Part shown: in pieces, positions 1 to 10,835 of the stretch | Position numbering within the stretch: position 1 is the first letter of the stretch | How the letters are laid out: each line of letters opens with the position of its first letter | Assembly: GCF_964194155.1 (NCBI RefSeq) | Contig: NC_135901.1 | Location: 6,014,001 to 6,078,000 of the forward strand | Source: Cetorhinus maximus | Taxonomy: Eukaryota | Length of the DNA stretch: 64,000 bases | Reading direction: 5' to 3' | The notes under the pieces: generated by a model | The model's database searches: none | Told to the model about the DNA's origin: nothing | What the model saw: only the letters and a program-made list of their open reading frames with translations | Program-made: the position numbers and the translations under genes

Positions 1-1085
1 ATGGAGGTTTTTTGAATATCTCTACTCAGGTTAATTCTTTCTGAAGGGCTCTCCCTCTCCCCGTCTCCTCCATCCTCACCTTCAACAACAAGTGTGAGGA
101 GCTCATGGAGCTTCTTTGTCACTAAGATTAAGACAATCTGATCAGCTGCCTCTACTGCTTCCCTTCCACTAGCCCACGGGGCTGAACTGCCTCTAAAGTT
201 CCCTGTTACCTGACCCCTGAACTCACATCGTTCTGTAGTTTCCCTCCCATCTCACCTCAGGCCCTCTCAGAGCTCATCTTGTCCATGAAACCCGCCTCCT
301 TCATCAACCCTACTCCCACTAAACTACTGATCACTCAACTTCTCCATGTTCACTGACTATGTTAACAGTTTTCTCTGTCAGGTACTGTCCCTCTCACCTT
401 CAAATCTGCCATCATTATACCCTTCTCAAAAAATAAATCCTTGACCCCACCATCCTTCTAAACTACTGCCCCATCTCCAGCCTCCCTTTCTTCTCCAAAG
501 TCCTTGAACATGTTGTCACCTCCCAAAACTGTGCCCATTTTTCCCAGAACTCCATGTTTGAATCCCTCCAATCAGGTTTCTGCCGCTGTCACAGTACTGA
601 AACAGCTCTTATCAAAGTCACAAATGACACCCTTTGTGACTGTGACAAAGATAAATTCTCCCTTCTCATCCTTGACCTGTCTGTAGCCTTTGACATTGTT
701 GACCACATCATTCTGCACCTTCGCCTCTCCCCTGTCGTCCAGCTGGGTGGGGCTGCTCTCTCCTGGTTCCATTCTTCTCCATCTAATCATAGCCAGAGAA
801 TCACTTGTAATGTCTTCCCTTCCCACTCACACAGTCACCTCTGGTGTCCCCAAAGGATCCACCTTGGTCTCTTATTTCTCATCAACCTGTTCCACACAAT
901 GACATCATCTGAAAACACTGTCACTTATCACATTTACACTGACACCTCCCAGCTCTACCTCACCACCACCTCTCTCAACTTCTCCACTCTTGGTAAATTA
1001 TCAGACTGTTTGTCTGATATTCAGTGGTGGATGTCCAGAAATTTCCTCCAATTAAATATTGGGAAGACTGAAGTCATTGTTTTCA
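1..1085 (+). mobile_element. Degenerate L2-clade LINE ORF2 (RT) fragment
   Basis: ORF 554..1135 reads QSGF..HSTETALIKVTND..LLILDLSVAFDIVDH..SGVPKGS..YTDTSQLY..WMSRNFLQLNIGKTE, typical of L2/CR1-group RT; frameshifted. Confidence 0.85.
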
Positions 1086-1299
1086 TTGTCGGAATGACTG
1101 GTAGAAGCAGATTCAATAGTAACTTTCAAAAGTGATTTGGACTTTTATTTAATTAGGAAAGATTTGGAGGGCAATCAGAAAAGAGCAGGGGAGTGGGACA
1201 GATTGGTAACATTTTCAGGGACAGTACAGGGACAATGGGCTGAATGGCCACCATCCATGCTCTTGATTCTATCATATCATGTTTACTATGAATCATTGT

Positions 1300-1900
1300 A
1301 TTATAAATCACAGAATCTCCTAATAGTACAGCAGAGAAGGAGGCCATTTGGCCTATAGAATCTGTGCTGGTAACTTTCAACGAGCTATCCAGTTAGTGCC
1401 ACTCCCCCATTCTTTATCCCATCCCTGCATCGTTTCTCCTTCAAGTATTTCTCCAATTCCCTTTTGAAGGTCACTCTTGAACCTGTATCCATCGCCCCGT
1501 CAGACAGCGCATTCTAAATCCTAACCACTTGTTACTGAAAAGATTTCCTCCTGATGCCTCTGGTTCTCTTGCCAATCACCCTAAATCAATGTCCTCTGGT
1601 TATCAAACCCACTGGCCATTGGAAATATTTTCTCCTTATTCACTCTATCTAAACCCTTCATGATTTTAAACACATCAATCAAATCTCCTCTTCGCTTTCT
1701 CTGTTCCAAGAAGAACAACCCCAGGTTCTCTCATTGATCCGTGGTCCTGTGATCCACCAACCCTGGAATCATTGGAGTCAATCTCCTCTGTGCCCTCCCC
1801 AAAGCCTTCATGTCCTCCCTAAAATGTGATGCTCAGAATTGGACACAACCCTCCAGCCAGGGCAGAAATAATGTTTTTTATAGTGAGCCTCCTTGACCTT
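1300..1900 (-). mobile_element. Decayed CR1-like LINE 3' fragment
   Basis: Reverse complement resembles the CR1 3' ends at 15800-16380 and 31000-31560. Confidence 0.6.
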
Positions 1901-1909
1901 TGTACTCCC

Positions 1910-2275
1910 AGGGCAGAATTTTGCCGTCGGCGAGCAGGAGGCGGGGCCCACTCGCCAATGTGTAAAATGACACACGGTGATGTCAGGCGGAACCCCTGAT
2001 GTCATCGCGCCCCATTTAAATTTTCAGGAAGGCGGGGGCGCAGCAAAATCAGCTGCGGGCCCACCGACCTGTCAATGGCCAATTAAGGCCATTGACATGT
2101 TCAATTAAACAATTAAAGGACTTGCCCGTCCAACCTTAAGGTTAGCGGGCAGGCCAGGAGCCCCGGCGGGGAATAGAGAAAACATGAAACCTCATCCAGT
2201 GGCGGGATGAGGTTTCATGTAGGGTTCTAAAAAGTTTAATCAAGTTATAGTGTAAATTATGAACATGTGCCATCT
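1910..2275 (+). mobile_element. GC-rich non-autonomous DNA transposon (MITE-like) fragment
   Basis: Starts GGGCAGAATTTTGCCG, similar to the TIR of the 117-bp MITEs at 2420 and 4011; abrupt rise in CpG; no second TIR seen. Confidence 0.5.
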
Positions 2276-2419
2276 CAAGATGCACTGCAGCAACTCACCA
2301 AGGCTCCCTCAACAGCTCCTTTCAAACATGCAACCTCTACCAGGAAGACAGAGTTAACATTTCGAGTCCATATGACTCTTTGTCGGAACTAAAGAGAAAT
2401 GGAAATGCAGTGAAATATA

Positions 2420-2536
2420 GGGCGAAATTTTACGGCAGCGGGGATTTACGTTTCTGCCAAAGCCAATGAGGTTAAGAATGTCTCACCACATTTTACGGCC
2501 TCGTCCCCGCCGAAACGGGGCCGTAAAACTCTGCCC
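2420..2536. mobile_element. 117-bp MITE (PIF/Harbinger-like) in left Penelope arm
   Basis: TIRs GGGCGAAATTTTACGG / CCGTAAAACTCTGCCC flanked by ATA..ATA; absent from homologous Penelope tails at ~35385 and ~57560. Confidence 0.8.
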
Positions 2537-3367
2537 ATAAGCTGTTTAAGGGGGTTGGGACAGGTGGAACTGGATAGAGGGCCAGTGATAGGTGGAGGCA
2601 AAGGAGAGATTGCCAAAGATGTCATAAACAAAAGGTCAAAGGAGTGTTGACGGTGGTGACATTAGCTAAAGGATGTGCTAATGGTGACATTAAGGGTAGA
2701 AAGCAGAATGAGCAAGTGACAGATGGCCCTAGTGGGGGTGGGGTGGGGGGAAAGGGATCGAAATAGGCTAAAAGGTGGAGATAAAACAATGAATGGAAAT
2801 AAATTTTAAAAATAATAATAGAAATAGGTGGAAAAAGAAAAATATATATATGAAAAAAATAATAATTATTAGAAAAAAGGGGATCAAAAAGGGTGTGAGG
2901 ATGGAGGAGAGAGTTCATGATCTGAAGTTGTTGAACGCAGTGTTAAGTCCGGAAGGCTGTAAAGTGCCTAATCGGAAGATGAGGTGCTGTTCCTCCGGTT
3001 TGCGTTGAGCTTCACTGGAAGGATGATCCATTTCCGCCAGCTCCAGCATGATGCCACCACCAAACACATCCTCCCTTCACCCCTGTCAGCATTCCGTAGG
3101 GACCATTCCCTCCGGGACACCCTGGTTCACTCCTCCATCACCCCTTACACCTCAACCCCCTCCCACGGCACCTTCCCATGCAACCGCAGAAGGTGCAACA
3201 CCTGCCCTTTTACTTCCTCCCTCCTCAACATCCAAGGGCCCAAACACTCCTTTCAAGTGAAGCAGCATTTCACTTGCACTTCCCTCAATTTGGTCTACTC
3301 GATTCACTGCTCCCAATGCGGTCTCCTCTACATTGGAGAGACCAAACGCAGACTGGGTGACCGCTTT

Positions 3368-3445
3368 GGATTTTGAACATGGAAGAAAAAAGTACCATTC
3401 ACAGTGGAGAGAAACCGTACACATGCTCTGTGTGTGGACGAGGTT
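3368..3445 (+). pseudogene. ZNF exon fragment ([23 protein letters not shown]) embedded in Penelope
   Basis: Aligns by eye to 5302-5380 and to the start of the 50049(-) gene. Confidence 0.9.
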
Positions 3446-4010
3446 GCATGACCCAGACCTTCCTGTCGCTTACCATTTCAAACACACCACCCTGCTCTCA
3501 TGCCCACATGTCCATCCTTGGCCTGCTGCAATGTTCCAGTGAAGCTCAACGCAAACTGGAGGAACAGCACCTCATCTTCTGATTAGGCACTTTACAACCT
3601 TCCCGACTTAACATTGAGTTCAACAACTTCAGATCATGAACTCTCTCCTCCATCCCCACCCCCTTTTTGATCTCCTTTTTTCTGATAATTATTATTTTTT
3701 TATATATATATTTTTCTTTTCCCACCTATTTCTATTATTATTTTTAAAATGTATTTCCATCCATTGTTTTATCTACACCTTTTAGCCTATTTCGATCACT
3801 TCCCCCCCACCCCACTAGGGCCATCTGTCACTTGATCGTCCTGCTTTCTACCCTTAATGTCCCCATTAGCGCATCCTTTAGATAATATTACCACCGTCAA
3901 CACCCCTTTGTCCTTTTGTTTATGACATCTTTGGCAATCTCTCCTTTGCCTCCACCTATCACTGGCCCTCTATCCAGCTCCACCTGTCCCACCCCACTTA
4001 AACAGCTTAT

Positions 4011-4126
4011 GGGCAGAGTTTTACGGCCCCGTTTCGGCGGGGACGAGGCCATTAAATGCGGCAAGACATTCTTAACCTCATTGGCTTTGGCAGAAACGTA
4101 AAACCCCGCTGCCGTAAAATTCACCC
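4011..4126. mobile_element. 116-bp MITE, same insertion in right Penelope arm
   Basis: GGGCAGAGTTTTACGG..CCGTAAAATTCACCC flanked by TAT..TAT; empty site elsewhere reads CTTATATTTCACC. Confidence 0.8.
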
Positions 4127-4155
4127 TATATTTCACCACATTTCTATTTCTCTTT

Positions 4156-4194
4156 AGTTCTGACGAAGAGTCATACAGACTCGAAATGTTAACT
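4156..4194 (+). ncRNA. Minimal type I hammerhead ribozyme motif in Penelope terminal repeat
   Basis: AGTT-CTGACGA-A-GAGTC-ATACA-GACTC-GAAA-TGTT-AACT: CUGANGA/GAAA core, 5-bp stem II, AGTT/AACT stem I. Confidence 0.65.
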
Positions 4195-4329
4195 CTGTCT
4201 TCCTCTCCAAGGAACAGTGATAAATGTCCAAATCACAACAACAATCTTTATTTATATAGTGCCTTTCATGTATTAGACCTTTCCAAGGTGTTTCACAGGT
4301 GTGTTTATAAACCAGGAACCTTTGTAGGT

Positions 4330-4785
4330 CAGCGAGCACAGGGGGATGGCTGAACATGCCTTGGTGTGAGTAAGCACATGGACAGCAGAGTTTTGGATGA
4401 CCTCAAGATTACAGGGATGTTGAATGTGGGTGGCTTGCTGGAAGCATGTTAGGATGGTTAAGTCTAAAGGTAACAAACGAATGGATGACGGTTCCAGCAG
4501 CAGTTGAACTGAGAGTCGGGTAGAGTCGGGTGATGTTGCTGACGTGGAAACATACGGTCATGGTGATAATGTGGCTATCTGGTTGGAAACTCAGTCTGGG
4601 GTGAAATATTTCACCATGGTTGTGAACAGTCTGATTCAGTCTCAGGCAGTTGCCAAGGAGAGGGATGGAGTCAGTGGCTCGGGAGTGGAGTTTGTGGCGG
4701 GGACTGAAGACAATGGTTTTGGTCTTCCCGATATTTAAATGAAGAAAATTTCTGTTCATCCAGTACTGGATGTCAGAGAAGTCAG
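4330..4785 (-). mobile_element. L2 LINE ORF2 C-terminal fragment
   Basis: ORF 4409..4759 MNRNFLHLNIGKTKTIVF; paralogous to 50570-51010 and 62610-62940. Confidence 0.8.
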
Positions 4786-5203
4786 GATGGTGTGTGACTT
4801 GGAGAGGTATTTGGAGGTGATGGTGTTCACATTCACTTACTATCCTTGTCCTGCTAAGTGGTGGAGGCTGAGGGCTTTGGAGGTTCTGTGAGATCTCTGG
4901 TTGAGTTGTAATCCTTCTTTTTCAACCCTTGCCCCTCCCACCTGACCCTTCTCTCTCTTGTTATCTTCTCCAATCTAGGCCAGTGTCTTGTATAGGCCCA
5001 GAATGGGTGGCAGATTCCCTTCCCTGAAGGACATGAGTGAACCAGTTGGGTTTTTACGACAATCCAGCAGTTTTCATGGTCACTTTTTCCTAGTGCCGGC
5101 CCCACAAATTACCAGATTCATTCAGCTCAATTTCACAGCCTACCTTTGTGTTTTTGTGGGTCCTCTCTCACTCCATTTTTTCTGTTTTAAATCAATTTCA
5201 CAG

Positions 5204-6266
5204 GATATTAGAAGGGGAGGAATTGCAGTTGGGAAACAGAAACAAAACATCACATCAGGATCTGAAGAAGTTGCCCCATTTATTGTAACCTGAATATCAT
5301 TGGATTTTGAACATGGAAGGAAAAAGCATCGTTCACAGTGGAGAGAAATCGTACACGTGTTCTGTGTGTGGACGAGGCTTCAGCAGATCATCTGGCCTGC
5401 CCAAACGTAAATGCAGTCACACTGGGGAGAAACTATGGAAATGTGGGGACTGTGGGAAGGGATTTAATTACCCATCAGAGCTGGAAAATCATCAGTGAGT
5501 TCACACTGGGGAGAGGCCGTTCACCTGCTCTGAGTGTGGGAAGGGATTCACTTGTTCATCCACCCTGCTGAAACACCGACAAGTTCACACTGACGAGAGA
5601 CCTTTCAAATGTCCAGACTGCGGGAAGTGCTATAAAAGTCCCCGGGAACTGAATGGCCATCAACGTGTTCACTCTGACGAAAGACTGTTCAGGTGCTCTC
5701 ACTGTGGGGCTGGGCACAAGACATTATCTGACCTCACTGTGCATCTTCGAGTTCACACTGGGGAGAGGCCATTCACCTGCTCAAAGTGTGGGAAGGGATT
5801 TGCTCACTCATCTCACCTGCTGACACACCAGCGAGTTCACACTGACGAGAGACCTTTTAAATGCCCAGACTGTGGGAAGTGCTATAAAAGTTCCAGGGAA
5901 CTGATGTTTCATCAGGGTGTTCACACTGACAAGAGACCATTCAGGTGCTCTCACTGTGGAACTGGGTTCACATGTTCATCTGATCTGATTGTACACCAGC
6001 GAGTTCACACTGGAGAGAGGCCGTTCACCTGCTCCGACTGTGGGAAGGGATTCACTCGGTCATCCCACCTGCTGACACACCAGCGAGTTCACACTGGAGA
6101 GAGGCCATTCACCTGTCCTGATTGTGGGAAGGCGTTCACTCAGTCATCTAACTTGCTGACACACCAGCGAATTCACACTGGAGAGAAGCTGTTCACCTGT
6201 TCTGAGTGTGGGAAGGGATTCACAACCTCATCCAACCTGCTGAAACACCAGCGAGTTCACGAGTAA
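5204..6266 (+). pseudogene. C2H2 zinc-finger gene (11 finger units) with premature TGA at 5496-5498
   Basis: Acceptor tttcacag|GATATTAG at 5203/5204; ATG 5313; ORFs 5307..5498 and 5739..6266 share a frame and are separated by CAG TGA GTT CAC (CGA>TGA in HQRVH); first finger also lacks a His. Confidence 0.85.
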
Positions 6267-6419
6267 CTACAGTGATTGAATTTTTCTTAATCACATCTAG
6301 GACTGGGCCATATTCATTTGGATCTTTTTCTGTTGATGTTAATAAACTGCAACCCAATTATAGGGGCTAATATTCTGGATAAAAGTCTAATAAATCAGCT
6401 TTGTGCTCAACACACAACT

Positions 6420-7920
6420 GTCAGGTCTTTTTAATATCTCTAACACAGGTTAATTCATTTTGAAGGGCTCTCCCTCTCCCATCTCCTCCATTCTCACCTC
6501 CAACAACAAGTGTGAGGAGCTCATGGAGGTCCTTTGTCACTAAGATTGAGGCAATCCGATCAGCTGCCTCTGCTGCTTCCCTCCCTTCCACTAGCTCATC
6601 GGGCCAAACTGCCCCTTGTCCAAGCCCTGAACTCACTTCTTTCTCCTATTTCTCTCCTGTCTTCTATCTCCCCTAGAGCTCATCTTGCTCGTGAGACCCA
6701 CCTTCTGCTCCCTTGACTCTATTCTCAATAAACTGCTGACCATCCATCTTCCCAATGTTATCTGATATTGTTAACGGGGGTTCTCTCTCTCTTTTGGCAC
6801 TGTCCCTTTTACCTTTAAATTCACCGTCATCACCCATCCTGAAAAAAAACCACTTGACCCCACCATCCTGGTAAACTGCCACACCCCACTCTGACCTCCC
6901 TTTCCTCTCCAGAGTCCTTGAAGTTGGTGTCCCCCAAGGATCTATCCTTGGCCCTTGTATTTCTCATCTACACGTTGCCACTAGGTAACATTGTCCAAAA
7001 GCACCGTGTTAGGGTTCACATGTACACTGACAACACCCAGCTCTACCTCACCACCATCCCTTTCCGTTCCTCCACTGTTACTAAATTATCAAACTGCTTA
7101 TCCGATATCCAGTACAGGATGAGCAGAAATTTCCTCCAGTTAAAAATTGGGAAGACCAAAGCCATTGTCTTCAGTCAACATTCCAAAATCTGTCCCCTAA
7201 CTAGTGAGTCCATCCCTCTCCCTGGGAACTGTCTGAGGCTGAACCACACTGTTCACAATCTTGGTGTCATATTTGACCCCAACATGAGTTTCCAACTACA
7301 CATCCACACCATTATTAATACCCCATATTTCAATCTCCATAACGTCGCCTGTCTCCACCCCACCCCAACTCATCTCCTGCTGAAACACTCATCCATGCCT
7401 GTGTCACTTTTAGACTTCACGATTCCAATACATTCCTGACCAGCTTCTCACATTCACCCCACCTCAACACGGAAACATGAGATCATCCGAAACTCTGCTG
7501 CATTCTCATGCCAAGTCCCATTCACACATCATCCCTGTGTTCCCTGACCTACATTGGCTCCTGGTCAAATAATGTCTCGATTTTAAACTTTGCATCCTTG
7601 TTCAGAAATTCATTCATGCCCTTATTCCTCCTTATCTCCAGTCGCACAACCCTCTGAGGTATCTGCACTCTTCTCATCCGGTCTATTTAGCATCCCTGAT
7701 TTTATTTACTCCAACATTGGTGGCCATGCCTGGGTGTGAAGCTCTGAAATTCCCTCCCTAAACCTTTCACTCTCCTGGTTAAAGTTGCTTAAAATCTGCC
7801 TGTCAAATCAAGGTTTTGGCCGTCTACCCTAATATCGTCCAATGTAACTTGGTGTCAGTTTTTTCTTTCTGAAACTCTTCTGACCTTAGGATATTTTATT
7901 ACATTTTATAAATACACATT
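6420..7920 (+). mobile_element. Degenerate L2 LINE with internal deletion and 3' end
   Basis: ORF 6918..7439 HMYTDNTQLYL..MSRNFLQLKIGKTKAIVF; inverted paralog at 47330-48850. Confidence 0.8.
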
Positions 7921-8513
7921 GTTACTGTTTCACAACATCCAGTTTTTTGGTGGTGTTAGTTAAAGCATGAATGTTGGCCTCACTGCACCAGTAGATCTCC
8001 CCTGTGAACAGTATGTGCAGTTGTTGAGGTCTCCTGAGCTGAAAGTGGAGCTGATTGAGCTGTTGGCCCTGCAGTGTACCTTGAAGAACCATAATCCACT
8101 CCCAAGATAAGTGCACTGTAGACTGAACATTAATCCGCCCCTGTGCCCCACAAACTGGATCATTACTTTATCCCAGGAGGTAAGATTCATAGTGTTGGGA
8201 ATTCCAGTACACCAGAGAAACATCTCTTAACTCTTATATTCTGAATTCTGATTTGTAGGTAGCTATCCATTAATTCTGTTCTCTAGATGTGGACTCAACA
8301 CATCTCGTAGACTGTGCACACGGCACAGACAGTGCACCAGTGGATGGAGGGAATCGAGACTAAGTCCTGTACCAGATATATTGGTGAAGTGAATTTCTCT
8401 GTCCCATGGGCATTGGTGTATCGGCAGCAGCTATTTCACCCCTTTCCACCTTGAAGCAGATAATGCTGCCAATTTATTAATGAGATTTTTTGATAGGACA
8501 CAAAAAATGAGGC

Positions 8514-8801
8514 AAAAATAAAAACATAAAACTGCGGATGCTGGATAATCCAAAACAAAAACAGAAATACCTGGAAAAACTCAGCAGGTCGGACAGCATC
8601 GGCGGAGAAGAACAAAGTTGACGTTTCGAGTCCTCATGAACCTTCAACAGAACTAAGTAGAAATAGGAAATTTCACCCCTTTCCTATTTCTACTTAGTTC
8701 TGTTGAAAGGTCATGAGGACTCGAAACGTCAAATTTTTTCTTCTCCGCCGATGCTACCAGACCTGCTGAGTTTTTCCAGGTATTTTTGTTTTTGTTTTGT
8801 G
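8514..8801. mobile_element. Fold-back non-autonomous Penelope-tail element with 14-bp TSD
   Basis: ~120-bp near-perfect inverted arms around a loop at ~8670-8680; ACAAAAAATGAGGC duplicated at 8500-8513 and 8802-8815. Confidence 0.85.
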
Positions 8802-8979
8802 ACAAAAAATGAGGCCTCGTAACTTTCCCTCTAAATGACAGGCCTGCATTGGATTTAGAAAACACTGTGAGAAAACATTTAGCGGTTTAACCGGTGGTTG
8901 GAGTTAGTAACAGAAAAGTGGTGGTCATTGTACTTCGCATCAACGTGGAGAGACTGGGCATTAATACATTTTTCTCATC

Positions 8980-9420
8980 GCCAGTTCGTGGTTTAATGGC
9001 GGTCTGTTCACCCAGATTCCCCGCAGGCCAGAAAGTCCCCTATCAATGACGACAGGGTCAAATGCGCCGGTGCAGTACCAGATGTGCTTTGAGCATGCGC
9101 GGTGACAATGGCGGAGACGGGCCGGTGCATAGCTGGTTCCGGGAGGCGGTAAAGATATTGTGCGGCTCGGGGTGGAATGGGGGTGGTGGGGAAGCGGGGA
9201 TGGTGCTGTTAACGTTCATTAACACCAGGTGTAGGCTTAAAGCTTCGGAGAAGAGGAGGCTGTTTGCCCTGCATTGACAGACCAGGTTCACAGCCGCCCT
9301 TACGGTGGGGAAACGGCCGCCATGTTGGTAGATGCAATGCGTGGAAGACGCGCATGTGCGGCCATCTTGGTGAGGGAACCGGAAGTGGGCGGGGCTTCAT
9401 GGTTCCCAGTGACCAGGAGA
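8980..9420 (+). promoter_or_regulatory. CpG island / probable promoter of the 10.8-kb ZNF gene
   Basis: CpG-rich; CGCGCATGTGCG (NRF1-like) ~9349, GCCATCTT (YY1) ~9361, CCGGAAGTG (ETS) ~9379, GGGCGGGG. Confidence 0.7.
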
Positions 9421-10835
9421 CAAGTATCTTTTGGACACTGACAGAACTGCCCTCCCAGCCAATAATTGTAATAATTAAACATATTTTGATGTTGATATTC
9501 TTGAAACCATCTTACACTGCTCAAACCTTCTTTGAACCTTCATAATGGGTAATGAGTAAAACTCAGAGAGTTGTCGCGATCTGCCTGATAAGGTCGTGGG
9601 ATCTGATTCCATAACTAATTCTAAAAGGGAGGTGGACAGTTACCTGATGAGGAGGTTACACAGTTTCGGACATAAAACAGGGATGTGGGACTGAGCAAGT
9701 CTGCTCTTTCTAAGAGCCAGTACAGGAATGATGGGCCAAATGACCTCCTCTTGTGCGATGCACCTCGAAGATTCTCTGAAAATGAATGCAACCAAAAGAA
9801 AATCTTAGGTTGTTGCTGATCATTCCACTAAATCAAAGAGTTCTCTATTCAGCAAGAACAACTTAAAAACATCACAAATAGGAGCAGGTGTAGGACATCG
9901 AGCCTGTTCCACCATTCAATAAGATCATGGCTGATCCACATCAGCTCCATTTTTCCTCCTTGTCCCCATTTCCCTTCGTTCCTTCCATCTCCAAAAATCT
10001 GCTGAATTCAGTCTTGATTATACTTAATGACTGAGCACTCACAGCCCTCTAGGTTAGAGAATTCCAATTCACAATCTGTTCATTGAAGATACTTTTCATC
10101 TCATTCACATAGCGCCATTAACATCCAGAGGTGTTTTACAGCAGCATAGCCAGACAATGATTCATACAATAGTTGTTTGTGATCCACTGCACTTGTCTGA
10201 AGTTACTTCACAAGGTATCAGCTTTATTCTGGGAGCTGAGAAGGCTGAGCTCACTTTCCTCATACACCTGAATTCCAGAGATGACAAAACTGGAGTACAG
10301 CTACAGAGCTCAGCGCTTTCTCATCAGCAACGATTCAGCCTCTGCAGGAAATGCAGAAAAGAGGCAGCAGTGCTCATCGGCAACCCAAGAACGTACTATT
10401 TAAGTTCAAAGTCTTTGTCCAGAGTGTGTGGAACTTGCTGCCACAGGGAGAAGTTGAGGCAAAACAGCGTGAATGCAGTTAAGAAGAAGCTGCACACAAG
10501 AGGGAAAGGAATAGAATGATATGCTGATAGAGAGAAGTGAGAGGCTCATGTGGAGCATAAACACTGGCATGGACCAGTTGAACAGAATGACCTGTTTCTG
10601 CATTGAATATTCTGTGTAATTCTATTTAAATTCCTTTTACAGTGTGACTAGAAAAGCACCGAGACAGACACTGAGAGTGTTCCAGTGCGCTGACTGTGGA
10701 AAGAGCTTTAACCAGTCACACAAGCTGATAAAACATCACACCATTCACAGTGGGGAGAAACTGTACATGTGTTCTGTGTGTGGACAAGGCTTCAACTGAT
10801 TGTCCAAGCTGGAGACACACAAAGACGACAGCACC

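Larger units (their letters stand above)
2342..4204 (+). mobile_element. Penelope-like element, 5'-truncated, with inverted 3' repeat (arms ~2342-3020 and ~3534-4204)
   Basis: GIY-YIG peptide CNRRRCNTC..FTCTSLNLVYSIHCSQCGLLYIGETKRRLGDRF; mirror ORFs 2446..2631(-) and 3916..4101(+) are nearly identical. Confidence 0.9.

Noticed and set aside
10797-10799. Conserved in-frame TGA as selenocysteine/readthrough codon
   Set aside because: It replaces Arg (CGA, a CpG hotspot) rather than Cys; upstream frames are otherwise broken; no SECIS recognised.
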